The notes under the pieces: generated by a model
Told to the model about the DNA's origin: nothing
Seen by the model: the letters and a program-made list of their open reading frames with translations, nothing else
The model's database searches: none
Shown: positions 24,272-34,494 of the stretch, piece after piece
Layout of the letters: each line of letters starts with the position of its first letter
How positions within the stretch are numbered: position 1 is the first letter of the stretch
Source of the DNA: Escherichia coli
GTDB taxonomy: Bacteria > Pseudomonadota > Gammaproteobacteria > Enterobacterales > Enterobacteriaceae
Strand: one strand, 5' to 3'
DNA: 64,000 nt
Assembly (NCBI RefSeq): GCF_024298765.1
Contig: NZ_CP101210.1
Translations under genes and position numbers: made by a program

Positions 24272-24693
24272 TGCGGTTTCCTTTCAAAAAATCGATTTCA
24301 AGGGGAATCATTTTTATGCACGTGAGTCTACGGAAAGATTGTTACGGAAATATAACAATTGTCATAAAAAACCGGCGATAAAATCATCTATGGTCGGGAC
24401 GCGGTTTCAGGTATGATGTGAGGCTAGAATTCTGAACGCTCTCTTTTGTTGAGCATATATGGACGTCCCAGATGAGGCAAGTACTGGTTCGATGCGGTTT
24501 GCGACCATATATCCGGCGTCGTTAGTAGGTTCAATGACCTGCGCCATGATGTTATCCGGGCCCTATTTCCTAATCACTACACCGGTATTTGATTACCCAG
24601 GTCAACTTCAGACTGTTACAGGGGCGGTAGCCGTTATCTCATCAGTGAATGTAAACTCAGTTAAAAATATTTTCTATAACTTACTGTTTTTCT

Positions 24694-24877
24694 TTAATTC
24701 ATCACAACGGCCTTCTGCATATTAAAATCAATACTATCGCTCAAAACACGCCAGATGATTCTTGTCAGCTTATTCGCCAGCGCACCAGTGGTTTTCAGGA
24801 ACCCTCGACGGGCTTCCATCCTTTGCAGACAAATACTCAGACTGTCAGTGAGCTTTTTCACACAGCGCATTACAGAC
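24694..24877 (-). pseudogene. possible IS110-family transposase C-terminal remnant
   Basis: Segment GALANKLTRIIWRVL resembles conserved C-terminal motif of IS110-family transposases; ORF N-terminus runs into IS911 end so it is chimeric. Confidence 0.3.
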
Positions 24878-25252
24878 TGAAATGGCACACTGAATTTGGT
24901 CACCTGAACAGAGGTGATATGCTCACCTCAGAACAAGACTGGTGCCCTAATGAAAAAAAGAAATTTTAGCGCAGAGTTTAAACGCTAATCCGCCCAACTG
25001 GTTGTTGACCAGAACTATACGGTGGCAGATGCCGCCAAAGCTATGGATATCGGCCTTTCCACAATGACAAGATGGGTCAAACAACTGCGTGATGAGCGTC
25101 AGGGCAAAACACTAAAAGCCTCTCCGATGACACCAGAACAAATCGAAATACGTGAGCTGAGGAAAAAGCTACAACGCATTGAAATGGAGAATGAAATATT
25201 AAAAAGGCTACTGCACTCTTGATGTCAGCCTCCCTGAACAGTTCTCTATAAT
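24878..25252 (+). mobile_element. IS911 (IS3 family) left end with orfA, frameshifted and truncated
   Basis: Terminal sequence tgaaatggcacactgaatttggtcacctgaacagaggtg; orfA product matches remembered IS911 OrfA (MKKRNFSAEFKR...[37 protein letters not shown]...) but has a TAA after codon 12 and a one-A deletion in the A6G slippery run; element is cut about 25252. Confidence 0.75.
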
Positions 25253-25361
25253 AGGGAAACTCAGGACACGTTATCCTTTGGTCACTCTCTGTGTAGTGGA
25301 TCGGTAATTCAGGACACCTCATTTTCACTGTTAATGTTAAAAAGTGAAAATGAGGTGATGC

Positions 25362-26161
25362 ATGATCAAAACTCGTCGGACTAAACGTACCTTTTCCCCG
25401 GAGTTCAAGCTTGAAGCTATCGAACAGGTGGTTAAATACCAGCGTGATGTCAGAGAAGTCGCGCTGGCACTCGAGCTCAACCCTGACCATTTGCGTAAAT
25501 AGATACGGTTGTATAAGCAGGAACTTCAGGGTATTGAGCCCGCTGGTAATGCTATTACTCCTGAACAACGCTAAATTAAGCAGCTTAAAGCGCAGATAAA
25601 GCGCCCTGAGATGGAAAAAGAAATACTAAAGCAGGCTGCCGTGCTGATGAGCGAAATCCCCGGGGAAACTGTCGCGCTAATCACACAGCTGAAAGCAAAG
25701 TGGCCAGTGCGGGTTCTTTGTCATTTATTCGGTATTCACCGTAGCATTTATTACGCGCAGGTGAAGCGTCCTGTTAATGTGCAAAGAATTGAATTACGAA
25801 GTCGGGTGAGGGCTGTCCATGCTCTCAGTCGTGGCGCAGTCGGTAGCCGGGCAATCAGTCAGATGTTGCGCCATAGTGGCGTTGATGCAGGCCGGTGGCT
25901 GGCACGACGACTGATGCGGGAATGCGGGCTGACAAGTCGACAGCCAGTTAAACATCACTACCGGGTAAACGAAGACAAAAGTCCGCCATTGCCAAATTTA
26001 CTGAACCGGCAATTTCACCCCGCCGCACCAAACCGCGTCTGGTGCGGCAACATCAGTTTTATTCGCCTGCAGGACAAATGGTGTTATCTCGCACTCGTTG
26101 TTGATTTATATTCACGGCGGATTATCGGTTCAGCCCTCTCATTAACCGCTGATGCTGAGTT
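25362..26161 (+). mobile_element. IS3-family element fragment (orfA with two in-frame stops; orfB truncated by IS66 insertion)
   Basis: orfA-like MIKTRRTKRTFSPEFKLEAIEQVVKYQRDV...LNPDHLRK*; orfB-like 25611..26165 (WPVRVLCHLFGIHRSIYY...) stops at the IS66-family terminus at 26162. Confidence 0.6.
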
Positions 26162-26198
26162 GTAAGCGTACAGCGAGGGCCGTATTGACGGGGATGTG

Positions 26199-27461
26199 TT
26201 ATTCAGCTGGCAGTGCTATGCGCCACGGAAGCAGTTCGCTGACCCGGTTGACCGGCCAGTCTGCTATGACGCCAAGCACATGGCGAAGGTAACTTTCTGG
26301 ATCCACGTCATTCAGTTTGCACGTCCCTATCAGGCTGTACAGTAGCGCTCCCCGCTCACCACCATGGCCAGAGCCGAAGAACAGGAAGTTTTTACGACCC
26401 AGACTTACCGCCCGCAGGGCATTTTCAGCGATGTTGTTGTCGATTTCCACCCAGCCATCGTTCGCATAGTACGTCAGTGCCGGCCACTGGTTAAGTGCGT
26501 ACGCGAACGCCTTCGCCAACTCTGAGTGTCGCGACAGGGTCTTCATCTTTTCACGCAACCAGCTTTCCAGGGATTTCAACAGCGGTTTCGTTTTTCGCTG
26601 ACGTTCAGCAAGCCGCTGCTCTGCCGGCATTCCCCTTATATCCGCCTCTATGGCGTACAACTGACCGATCTGCTCCAGGGCTTCTTCCGTCAGTGCTGAC
26701 GGGATGCGGACGTGCACATCGTGGATCTTTCGGCGGGCATGAGCCCAGCAGGCAGCTTCCGTTATCCCACCATTGCGATACAGCTCGTTGAACCCGGCGT
26801 ACGCATCCGCTTGCAGCACACCGCTGAAGCAAGCAAGATGAGTCTGCGGATGGATGCCTTTTCTGTCCGGGCTGTAAGCGAACCACACTGCAGGTGCCAA
26901 CGCTGACCCGGCATTGCGGTCATCACGAACATACGCCCACAACCGCCCGGTCTTCGTCTTCTTATTACCCGGCATCAGTACCTGGACCGGGGTATCATCG
27001 GCATGGAGTTTGCCGTCAGTCATGACATAGCCATGAAGCGCCTCTTCCAGCGGAGACAGCAGCCGGCAGCATGCATCCACCCAGCCCGACAGCAGTGAAC
27101 GGCTCAGCTCCACACCTTGCCGGCCGTATATTTCTGACTGGCGATACAGCGGGGTGTGCTCTGCATACTTCGAGGTCAGCACGCGGGCCAGCAGCCCCGG
27201 TCCGGCGATACCCCGCTCGATGGGCCGCGAAGGTGCAGGTGCCTGCACGATGGCATCGCACTGAGTACAGGCATGTTTTTCCCGTACCGTCCGGATAACC
27301 CGGAAGGCGCTACGCATCAACTCCAGCTGTTCGGCGGTATCCTCGCCCAGATAGCTCAGTGAACCGCCGCAGTTCGGGCAGCACGGCGCCGCAGGCAACA
27401 GTCGCTTTTCGTCACGGGGTAGTGATTCAGGGAACGGCTTACGGATGCGGGTCTGACGCAA
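26199..27461 (-). CDS. tnpC: IS66-family transposase TnpC (C-terminal 420 aa; N-terminal part in another frame)
   Basis: Zn-finger-like CCPNCGG...CTQC and DDE region; N-terminal leucine-zipper part is in ORF 27356..27736, implying a frameshift. Confidence 0.7.
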   Translation of the reverse strand: MRQTRIRKPFPESLPRDEKRLLPAAPCCPNCGGSLSYLGEDTAEQLELMRSAFRVIRTVREKHACTQCDAIVQAPAPSRPIERGIAGPGLLARVLTSKYAEHTPLYRQSEIYGRQGVELSRSLLSGWVDACCRLLSPLEEALHGYVMTDGKLHADDTPVQVLMPGNKKTKTGRLWAYVRDDRNAGSALAPAVWFAYSPDRKGIHPQTHLACFSGVLQADAYAGFNELYRNGGITEAACWAHARRKIHDVHVRIPSALTEEALEQIGQLYAIEADIRGMPAEQRLAERQRKTKPLLKSLESWLREKMKTLSRHSELAKAFAYALNQWPALTYYANDGWVEIDNNIAENALRAVSLGRKNFLFFGSGHGGERGALLYSLIGTCKLNDVDPESYLRHVLGVIADWPVNRVSELLPWRIALPAE

Positions 27462-27736
27462 CGGACGCTGTACTGCGGGTCATACACCCTACCAGTCAGC
27501 GTATCGCTCTCTTTCTGAAGCCGGTTCAGATCGGCTTCCATTTGTGCGATACGGCGGGAGACTTTTTCGGAACGACTGCCGAAGTTCATCCGGCGGAGTT
27601 TATCCAGCTGCGCCTGCAGATGGTCTATTTCGCGCTCCCGGTTGCTCAGCTTTTCCTGCAGGGCGTGGATCAGCGCTTCCTGTTCGGCCAGGCGCTGTTT
27701 CAGCAGGAAGATGTCGTCAGAAGAGATGTCGTTCAT
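27356..27736 (-). pseudogene. IS66 TnpC N-terminal segment (frameshifted relative to the C-terminal part)
   Basis: 126-aa ORF with coiled-coil region (LLKQRLAEQEALIHALQEKLSNREREIDHLQAQLDKLRR); overlaps 26199..27461 in a different frame. Confidence 0.6.
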
Positions 27737-27785
27737 AAGCCCGTATTTTACCGGGCTTATTCTGTGACAACCAGGATAAAGAGAT

Positions 27786-28133
27786 TTACAGCATGGTCAG
27801 GGAGGTCAGCAGCCGCTTAGGCTGTCGCCAGTCGATACCTTCCAGCAGCATCGCCAGCTGCGCCTGTGTAAGGAACACTTTGCCATCACGGGCTGACGGC
27901 CAGGCGAAGCGCCCACGCTCCAGCCGTTTGGTCAGGAGGCACAGTCCGTCACCGGTGGACCACAGCAGTTTAACCTGACTGCCGCTGCGGCCCCGGAAAA
28001 TGAAAACATGGCCGGACATGGGATCGTCTTTCAGCGCCGTCTGTACTTTCGCAGCCAGGCCGTTGAAGCCATTTCTCATATCGGTGATACCGGCAACCAG
28101 CCAAATTTTGGTCCCGGAAGGTAACGGGATCAT
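27786..28133 (-). CDS. tnpB: IS66-family Orf2 (TnpB)
   Basis: 115-aa ORF MIPLPSGTKIWLVAGITDMRNGFNGLAAKV; canonical IS66 Orf2. Confidence 0.85.
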   Translation of the reverse strand: MIPLPSGTKIWLVAGITDMRNGFNGLAAKVQTALKDDPMSGHVFIFRGRSGSQVKLLWSTGDGLCLLTKRLERGRFAWPSARDGKVFLTQAQLAMLLEGIDWRQPKRLLTSLTML

Positions 28134-28531
28134 CGCTTCAGTTCCTGTATCAGCAGAGTCAGGAGCTTTTCGCTGACATTGCCATTGAAGCGGAGCGTCC
28201 CGTGCCGGAACGTTACCTCACAGCTGATACTGAGGGTTTCCGGGTCCTCTGCGAGCGATTCTGGCTGTTCGGCAGCTGCATCGAGAGTCACAGGAAGTAG
28301 CTGGGGGCTCTCTGAAGAAGGTAATATCAGCTTTCCCTCGCGCCATTGTTGTCGCCATTTGAACAACAGATTGGCGTTAATGCCATTTTCAAGAGCAAGT
28401 TTTGAGATGTATATCCCGGGTTCACAGGAGGCAGCAACGAGCTGCTGTTTAAATTCGGGAGGATAATTAGGGCAGCCTTTTCGCCTGCCGGGAGTCACAT
28501 TTTTCTGCATATCTGACACTTTGGTTCCCAC
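28130..28531 (-). CDS. tnpA: IS66-family Orf1 (TnpA)
   Basis: 133-aa ORF overlapping tnpB by 4 nt; typical IS66 Orf1. Confidence 0.8.
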   Translation of the reverse strand: MGTKVSDMQKNVTPGRRKGCPNYPPEFKQQLVAASCEPGIYISKLALENGINANLLFKWRQQWREGKLILPSSESPQLLPVTLDAAAEQPESLAEDPETLSISCEVTFRHGTLRFNGNVSEKLLTLLIQELKR

Positions 28532-28587
28532 TACTTATTTGAAGTGCGCCCCAATAGTTAGACACCAGATCTGTAACTGAGGAGCGT

Positions 28588-28943
28588 ATGAGCAAATTTT
28601 CATTAGAATTCAAAAGGGAAGTATCAGAAAAATACCTGGAAGGTGAGCTGAGTTTGAAGTCTGTTGGAAAAATGTACAATATTGACCCCAGCACGGTAAG
28701 GAAATGGGCTTATGTTTACCGTAAGCACGGATTAAAAACACTGACTGGGCAAAAAAGACGTTATGACGATAACTTCAGATTGAATGTGGTCAGAGATGTT
28801 ATTGATAATTCTCTTTCTATAAGGGAAGCTGCAGTGAAGTATGGGATCCCTGCTTTTAACACCATATCCAAATGGATTAAAAAATACAGTGAGGTTGATT
28901 TTTCGATGAAGGGACAAAAGGAAGATTTGAGGCCGAAAACTCC
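28588..28943 (+). pseudogene. HTH transposase-like OrfA gene, 3-prime end replaced by IS1
   Basis: 125-aa ORF with two HTH-like segments; last codons are encoded by the IS1 terminal repeat beginning at 28944. Confidence 0.5.
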
Positions 28944-28998
28944 GGTGATGCTGCCAACTTACTGATTTAGTGTATGATGGTGTTTTTGAGGTGCTCCA

Positions 28999-29274
28999 GT
29001 GGCTTCTGTTTCTATCAGCTGTCCCTCCTGTTCAGCTACTGACGGGGTGGTGCGTAACGGCAAAAGCACCGCCGGACATCAGCGCTATCTCTGCTCTCAC
29101 TGCCGTAAAACATGGCAACTGCAGTTCACTTACACCGCTTCTCAACCCGGTACGCACCAGAAAATCATTGATATGGCCATGAATGGCGTTGGATGCCGGG
29201 CAACAGCCCGCATTATGGGCGTTGGCCTCAACACGATTTTACGTCACTTAAAAAACTCAGGCCGCAGTCGGTAA
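28999..29274 (+). CDS. insA: IS1 InsA
   Basis: 91-aa [46 protein letters not shown]... Confidence 0.95.
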
Positions 29275-29696
29275 CCTCGCGCATACAGCCGGGCAGTGAT
29301 GTGATTGTCTGCGCTGAAATGGACGAACAGTGGGGCTACGTCGGTGCTAAATCACGTCAGCGATGGCTGTTTTACGCGTATGACAGGATACGGAGGACGG
29401 TTGTGGCGCACGTCTTCGGTGAACGCACTCTGGCCACACTGGAGCGTCTTCTGAGCCTGCTGTCGGCCTTTGAGGTCGTGGTATAGATGACGGATGGCTG
29501 GCCGCTGTATGAATCACGCCTGAAGGGAAAGCTGCACGTTATCAGCAAGCGTTACACTCAGCGCATTGAGCGACATAATCTGAATCTGAGACAACATCTG
29601 GCAAGGCTGGGACGGAAGTTACTGTCGTTCTCAAAATCGGTGGAGTTGCATGACAAGGTCATCGGGCATTATCTGAACATAAAACACTATCAGTAA
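29193..29696 (+). pseudogene. insB: IS1 insB with internal stop (TAG at 29484..29486)
   Basis: insB reading frame split into 29193..29486 and 29487..29696; canonical ...FEVVMWMTDGW... reads ...FEVVV*MTDGW... here. Confidence 0.8.
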
Positions 29697-29837
29697 GTTG
29701 GAGTCATTACCTCCTCCCGAACTCAAAGCTATCATACAGATAATTACTGGTTAACCCTATATAGGGCATTTTAAAGTGTTGTGATCTTACCCAGCAATAG
29801 TGGACACGCGGCTAAGTGAGTAAACTCTCAGTCAGAG

Positions 29838-30143
29838 GTGACTCACAAGACAAAACAGTTTCAACCAGTAAAAAAACGTAAACAGCATTCGCCTGAATTT
29901 CTCAGTGAAGCCCTGAAACTTGCTGAACGCATCGGTGTTGCTGCCGCAGCCCGTGAACTCAGCCTGTATGAATCACAGCTCTATGCGTGGCGCAGCAAAC
30001 TGCAGCAACAAATGAGTTCGTCAGAGCGTGAAAGTGAACTGGCCGCTGAAAATGCCCGCCTGAAGCGGCAACTGGCGGAGCAGGCAGAGGAACTGGCTAT
30101 CCTCCAAAAGGCCGCGACATACTTTGCGAATCGTCTGAAATGA
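29838..30143 (+). CDS. IS3 OrfA (GTG start)
   Basis: 101-aa HTH/leucine-zipper ORF ...[42 protein letters not shown]... Confidence 0.85.
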   Translation: MTHKTKQFQPVKKRKQHSPEFLSEALKLAERIGVAAAARELSLYESQLYAWRSKLQQQMSSSERESELAAENARLKRQLAEQAEELAILQKAATYFANRLK

Positions 30144-31006
30144 AGTATGTCTTTATTGAAAAACATCAGGCTGAGTTCAGCATCAAAGCAATGTGCCGCG
30201 TGCTCCGGGTGGCCCGCAGCGGCTGGTATACGTGGTGTCAGCGGCGGACAAGGATAAGCACGCGTCAGCAGTTCCGCCAACACTGCGACAGCGTTGTCCT
30301 CGCGGCTTTTACCCGGTCAAAACAGCGTTACGGTGCCCCACGCCTGACGGATGAACTGCGTGCTCAGGGTTACCCCTTTAACGTAAAAACCGTGGCGGCA
30401 AGCCTGCGCCGTCAGGGACTGAGGGCAAAGGCCTCCCGGAAGTTCAGCCCGGTCAGCTACCGCGCACACGGCCTGCCTGTGTCAGAAAATCTGTTGGAGC
30501 AGGATTTTTACGCCAGTGGCCCGAACCAGAAGTGGGCAGGAGACATCACGTACTTACGTACAGATGAAGGCTGGCTGTATCTGGCAGTGGTCATTGACCT
30601 GTGGTCACGTGCCGTTATTGGCTGGTCAATGTCGCCACGCATGACGGCGCAACTGGCCTGCGATGCCCTGCAGATGGCGCTGTGGCGGCGTAAGAGGCCC
30701 CGGAACGTTATCGTTCACACGGACCGTGGAGGCCAGTACTGTTCAGCAGATTATCAGGCGCAACTGAAGCGGCATAATCTGCGTGGAAGTATGAGCGCAA
30801 AAGGTTGCTGCTACGATAATGCCTGCGTGGAAAGCTTCTTTCATTCGCTGAAAGTGGAATGTATCCATGGAGAACACTTTATCAGCCGGGAAATAATGCG
30901 GGCAACGGTGTTTAATTATATCGAATGTGATTACAATCGGTGGCGGCGGCACAGTTGGTGTGGCGGCCTCAGTCCGGAACAATTTGAAAACCAGAACCTC
31001 GCTTAG
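30140..31006 (+). CDS. IS3 OrfB (integrase core, DDE)
   Basis: 288-aa ORF with rve-type catalytic core (WAGDITYL...[15 protein letters not shown]...[10 protein letters not shown]...). Confidence 0.85.
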   Translation: MKYVFIEKHQAEFSIKAMCRVLRVARSGWYTWCQRRTRISTRQQFRQHCDSVVLAAFTRSKQRYGAPRLTDELRAQGYPFNVKTVAASLRRQGLRAKASRKFSPVSYRAHGLPVSENLLEQDFYASGPNQKWAGDITYLRTDEGWLYLAVVIDLWSRAVIGWSMSPRMTAQLACDALQMALWRRKRPRNVIVHTDRGGQYCSADYQAQLKRHNLRGSMSAKGCCYDNACVESFFHSLKVECIHGEHFISREIMRATVFNYIECDYNRWRRHSWCGGLSPEQFENQNLA

Positions 31007-31036
31007 GCCTGTGTCCATATTACGTGGGTAGGATCA

Positions 31037-31685
31037 CTAAGCCAGGAATTAAGTCATTTAAAGATATTTCAAATTCACTGGCAATCGTATCTAATCCTTC
31101 CTTATCAATAGATTCAAGCCATAAATTATAATCAATAGGAAGAAGCAACGGATGAGTAAAGTTCAATCTATTTACTAAAGATGATTTAGTATACTCATCA
31201 TTACTTAGCTCTCCAATAAATTCATTATTTATAGAAACAGCATAGTTCTTTATATATGCTGCTCTGTGCAATTGTGACCATGCGATTTTAAACTCTACAT
31301 AAACCTTTTCAGTTTCATCTGCAATGTCTTTCATTTTTATAAAATGAATATCGAAAATATCACCAAGTTCTTCTAAATATGTTTTATATTCTACACCTAT
31401 TGTTTGTTCAGGATCGAAACCGATACCAATAGTAATTACATTATTCAGATCCCCATTATGGACTAGAGATCTAAATCCATCTATGCGCCTGTTCCCCATA
31501 GCTTCTAAATATATAGGATCACACTGCTCACGGTCTAATATTTGTTGAAGATAAAATAATGCAATTAAAATAGTAGTCTTGCCCGCGCTGTTTGGCCCCA
31601 ATAGTAATGTTACAGGTGCAAAATCAATTTCCTGCCGCTCTCTAACAGATCTGAAATTTTCAAGTACAAGTTTAGTTAATTTCAT
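31037..31685 (-). pseudogene. AAA/ABC-type ATPase gene (OLD/Abi-like N-terminus) truncated at 3-prime end by IS3
   Basis: N-terminus MKLTKLVLENFRSVRERQEIDFAPVTLLLGPNSAGKTT (Walker A); ORF runs into the IS3 terminus after about 215 codons. Confidence 0.65.
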
Positions 31686-31693
31686 AATGAACC

Positions 31694-32800
31694 TTACATG
31701 AAATATTTATTCGATAGGTTTGATGCTAAAAGTTGAAGTTGCATTGCGCTTTTATCATAAATGCTTAGTCCTTTTTTTATTTTTTTATAAATAATCTCAT
31801 ACTCATCTTGTAGATGCTTAGGTGGGATTAATATCTCTATATTCTGCAATTCCTGTGCATTAATATTAGCCATGCCAACAATACTTTTACACATATTCAT
31901 CAATGTGATTTTGCCATGGATGGAATTAAGATACCCTGAAATATAGTAGTTATTTCCGATAGAATTAGGTCTAACGCGGATTAAATATCCAGCAAATGCC
32001 ATAGGCCTGTCTTCTTCATACACAGCTGTTTTACCAACAAGTTCCTTACTGTTAGTACGATTGAAAAGAAGATCGCCTTCTTTAACCAAATATTTATCCT
32101 TTTCTTTTACACTGAGATCAAGATATTTTAAATCTGTAAAATCCCACCTACCTTGATATGTTATATTACCCATCCGTAATATAGGATATTCACCAGAATC
32201 AATAGAGGCTTTTGCTGAAGTTCCATAATTTACTGAATCAACCAAGTCGCGAATCGTTCCTTTCGGGAAACGATGTATGTTGTTTGCAGGAGTTCCAAAC
32301 ATCTCTAGAAACTTAGCCCGCAAAAAATCATCAGCCAGTTTGATGGCTTGTTCGCGTTTTTGGCGTATACCCTCAGCTTTATCGAGAAGATCCACAATTC
32401 GTTTCTGCTCTTCAAAAGGTGGTAATTTAATAAATGTATCATAGAGATCGTCTCTATTTAATCCAGGAATACTTGTGGTAATCGTTTTCTTAGTGAGATC
32501 AATTCCGCTCAGAATATAAAACAAGTATCGGAGATCTAACTTATTATTATCTTTGATCTCAACGTAATAAGCAGTATCAATGATCCAACCTCCGTCAGGA
32601 GCCCAGGTAATAGCACCAACGCTGCCTTTGCGACCAATAATTATCGTGGGATAGCTGCAAAGCGTTTTATCGTGGTTGCCGACAATTCCTGAACTACCAA
32701 AAACATGGACACTTCCATTCGATACTCGCTGATCAGCTTTTAATGCTTTTCCGTAGTGAACATTAATAACATCCCCTAACTTCACCATCGCCGAACTCAC
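31694..32800 (-). CDS. hsdS: type I restriction-modification specificity subunit HsdS
   Basis: 368-aa ORF overlapping hsdM stop by 4 nt; two target-recognition-domain-like halves; operon position. Confidence 0.8.
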   Translation of the reverse strand: MSSAMVKLGDVINVHYGKALKADQRVSNGSVHVFGSSGIVGNHDKTLCSYPTIIIGRKGSVGAITWAPDGGWIIDTAYYVEIKDNNKLDLRYLFYILSGIDLTKKTITTSIPGLNRDDLYDTFIKLPPFEEQKRIVDLLDKAEGIRQKREQAIKLADDFLRAKFLEMFGTPANNIHRFPKGTIRDLVDSVNYGTSAKASIDSGEYPILRMGNITYQGRWDFTDLKYLDLSVKEKDKYLVKEGDLLFNRTNSKELVGKTAVYEEDRPMAFAGYLIRVRPNSIGNNYYISGYLNSIHGKITLMNMCKSIVGMANINAQELQNIEILIPPKHLQDEYEIIYKKIKKGLSIYDKSAMQLQLLASNLSNKYFM

Positions 32801-34431
32801 AGCATACCCTCCAGCTCATCCAGATCCGCCAGAATTTCTTTTTCCAAATCTTTTAAGCGCTTTAGTATCACCTTCGGATCTTCATATTCCTCCGCCTGAT
32901 ACACCACTTCTTTATAACGATTGATAGAGAGATCGTATTTCTGCGCAGCAATATCCGCTTTCGGTACAACAAACGCCGCCTGCGTGCGATCTTTAAAATC
33001 AACGCCAGCATCAATCCCTTCCGGGTACTGCTGTTTAAGCAACGAGGCTAACTTCTCACCCATAAAGTTATCAACCGGTAGCCCGCGTAAAGTACGGTAA
33101 TGCTTCCAGCTTGCCAGCAGATGCGGCAGATCGTTGTCTTTTATCGGGTTGCGCTTATCATCCAGGCTGTAGCCATCATTTTGCAGATCGTAGAACCAGA
33201 CCTCATCCGTTTGACCGCCTTTGGTAAAGATCAGGATCGCCGTCGCCACGCCAGCGTAAGGTTTAAATACACCAGAAGGCAGATTGATCACCGCTTCCAG
33301 TTGGTTATCTTCCACCAGCGTTTTGCGAAGTGACTGGTGCGCCTTGCTGGAGCCAAACAGCACGCCCTGCGGCACGATAGTGGCACTGCGCCCGCCCACT
33401 TTCAGCATTTGCAGAATACGCGCCAGGAACAGCAGTTCGGTTTTTTTGGTTTTCACCATTGCCGACAACGTGGAGTCGATATCTTCCTCGTCCAGTGAAC
33501 CGGTAAAAGGCGGGTTCGCCAGAATCAGATTGAAAGCGTTTTTACTGGCCTGAGGGAAGTTAGTGCTGAAGCTCTGGCTCATGGTGTCCTGATAGTGAAT
33601 ATCCGGCGCTTCCACACCGTGCATAATCAGGTTCATAGCGGCGATACGCAGCATGGTGGTATCAAAATCGTAACCGTGGAACATATTGTTATCTACATGG
33701 TTACGCCACGGTGTCAGCAGATCGCCGGTAAAGATTTTTTGCTCTTCCAGTTCGCCACGTTCGTTGGTGCCAATCTCAGTATGGATGGATTCCAGCGAGC
33801 TGTACTTCTCCAGAAGATATTCATAGCTGGTTGCCAGAAAACCACCGGTGCCACAGGCGGGATCACAAATCGTCTCGCCGCGGGCCGGGTTCGGCTCCAT
33901 CATTTCAACCATCGTGCGGATAATGTGGCGCGGCGTGCGGAACTGACCGTTGATTCCGGCAGTGGTCAGCTTGCTTAACAGGTATTCGTAAAGGTCGCCT
34001 TTGGTGTCGCCACGATCCAGCGGCAGGTTTTTGATCACCTCAACCGCTTTGGTCAGTAATGACGGCTTAACAATCTCCAGACGAGCATCTTTCATAAAGT
34101 TGCCCAGCAGCGTCACCTTCGACGCATCGGCCTGGCCAAGCTGACGAAAATGCTGGAATACGCCATCGCGCACCACTTCCATCATCTCATCCGAGCCAAG
34201 ATTGCTATAGTGACTGAAACGGAACTCCTGCTGTTCTGGCGCAAAACGCGGTTTAAAATCAATTCCCGCGATTTGTTTACGCTTCTCGTCGCGTTGTTCC
34301 TGGGTATCCAGCATCCGGGAATACATCAGATAGGTGATCTGTTCGATTACGGTCAGCGGGTTGGTGATACCACCCACCCAGAAATCTTCCCACAGGCCGT
34401 CGATTTTACTTTTTAAGTCACCAGTGATCAT
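32797..34431 (-). CDS. hsdM: type I restriction-modification N6-adenine DNA methyltransferase HsdM
   Basis: 544-aa ORF; SAM-binding [10 protein letters not shown] and catalytic NPPF motifs. Confidence 0.9.
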   Translation of the reverse strand: MITGDLKSKIDGLWEDFWVGGITNPLTVIEQITYLMYSRMLDTQEQRDEKRKQIAGIDFKPRFAPEQQEFRFSHYSNLGSDEMMEVVRDGVFQHFRQLGQADASKVTLLGNFMKDARLEIVKPSLLTKAVEVIKNLPLDRGDTKGDLYEYLLSKLTTAGINGQFRTPRHIIRTMVEMMEPNPARGETICDPACGTGGFLATSYEYLLEKYSSLESIHTEIGTNERGELEEQKIFTGDLLTPWRNHVDNNMFHGYDFDTTMLRIAAMNLIMHGVEAPDIHYQDTMSQSFSTNFPQASKNAFNLILANPPFTGSLDEEDIDSTLSAMVKTKKTELLFLARILQMLKVGGRSATIVPQGVLFGSSKAHQSLRKTLVEDNQLEAVINLPSGVFKPYAGVATAILIFTKGGQTDEVWFYDLQNDGYSLDDKRNPIKDNDLPHLLASWKHYRTLRGLPVDNFMGEKLASLLKQQYPEGIDAGVDFKDRTQAAFVVPKADIAAQKYDLSINRYKEVVYQAEEYEDPKVILKRLKDLEKEILADLDELEGML

Positions 34432-34494
34432 TGTTAGCGTTTATATCCTGTTTTAAATACAAAAGCCCCGCTGTCGGGGCTTGTCATGTGCGTA

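Larger units (their letters stand above)
26162..28560 (-). mobile_element. IS66-family insertion sequence (tnpA-tnpB-tnpC), one end recognizable
   Basis: Three co-directional ORFs typical of IS66 family; terminus begins GTAAGCG at 26162; opposite terminus not identified. Confidence 0.7.
28944..29711 (+). mobile_element. IS1 (768 bp)
   Basis: Terminal repeats ggtgatgctgccaacttactgat ... atcagtaagttggagtcattacc; insA product identical to remembered InsA. Confidence 0.95.
29782..31036 (+). mobile_element. IS3 (IS3-family, IS3-like copy)
   Basis: Ends tgatcttacccagcaatagtggacacgcgg ... ggcctgtgtccatattacgtgggtaggatca; orfA 29838..30143 and orfB 30140..31006 match remembered IS3 OrfA/OrfB. Confidence 0.9.

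Noticed and set aside
25216-25300. Segment after IS911 orfA as the inverted repeat of a new IS
   Set aside because: Most of it is still contiguous IS911 sequence (end of orfA); the true junction with the second IS3-family element could not be placed precisely, so the boundary is approximate.
31020-31685. 221-aa ORF as an intact small ATPase gene
   Set aside because: Its last codons and stop lie inside the IS3 terminal repeat (IS3 ends at 31036), so the apparent ORF end is created by the insertion; called a truncated pseudogene instead.
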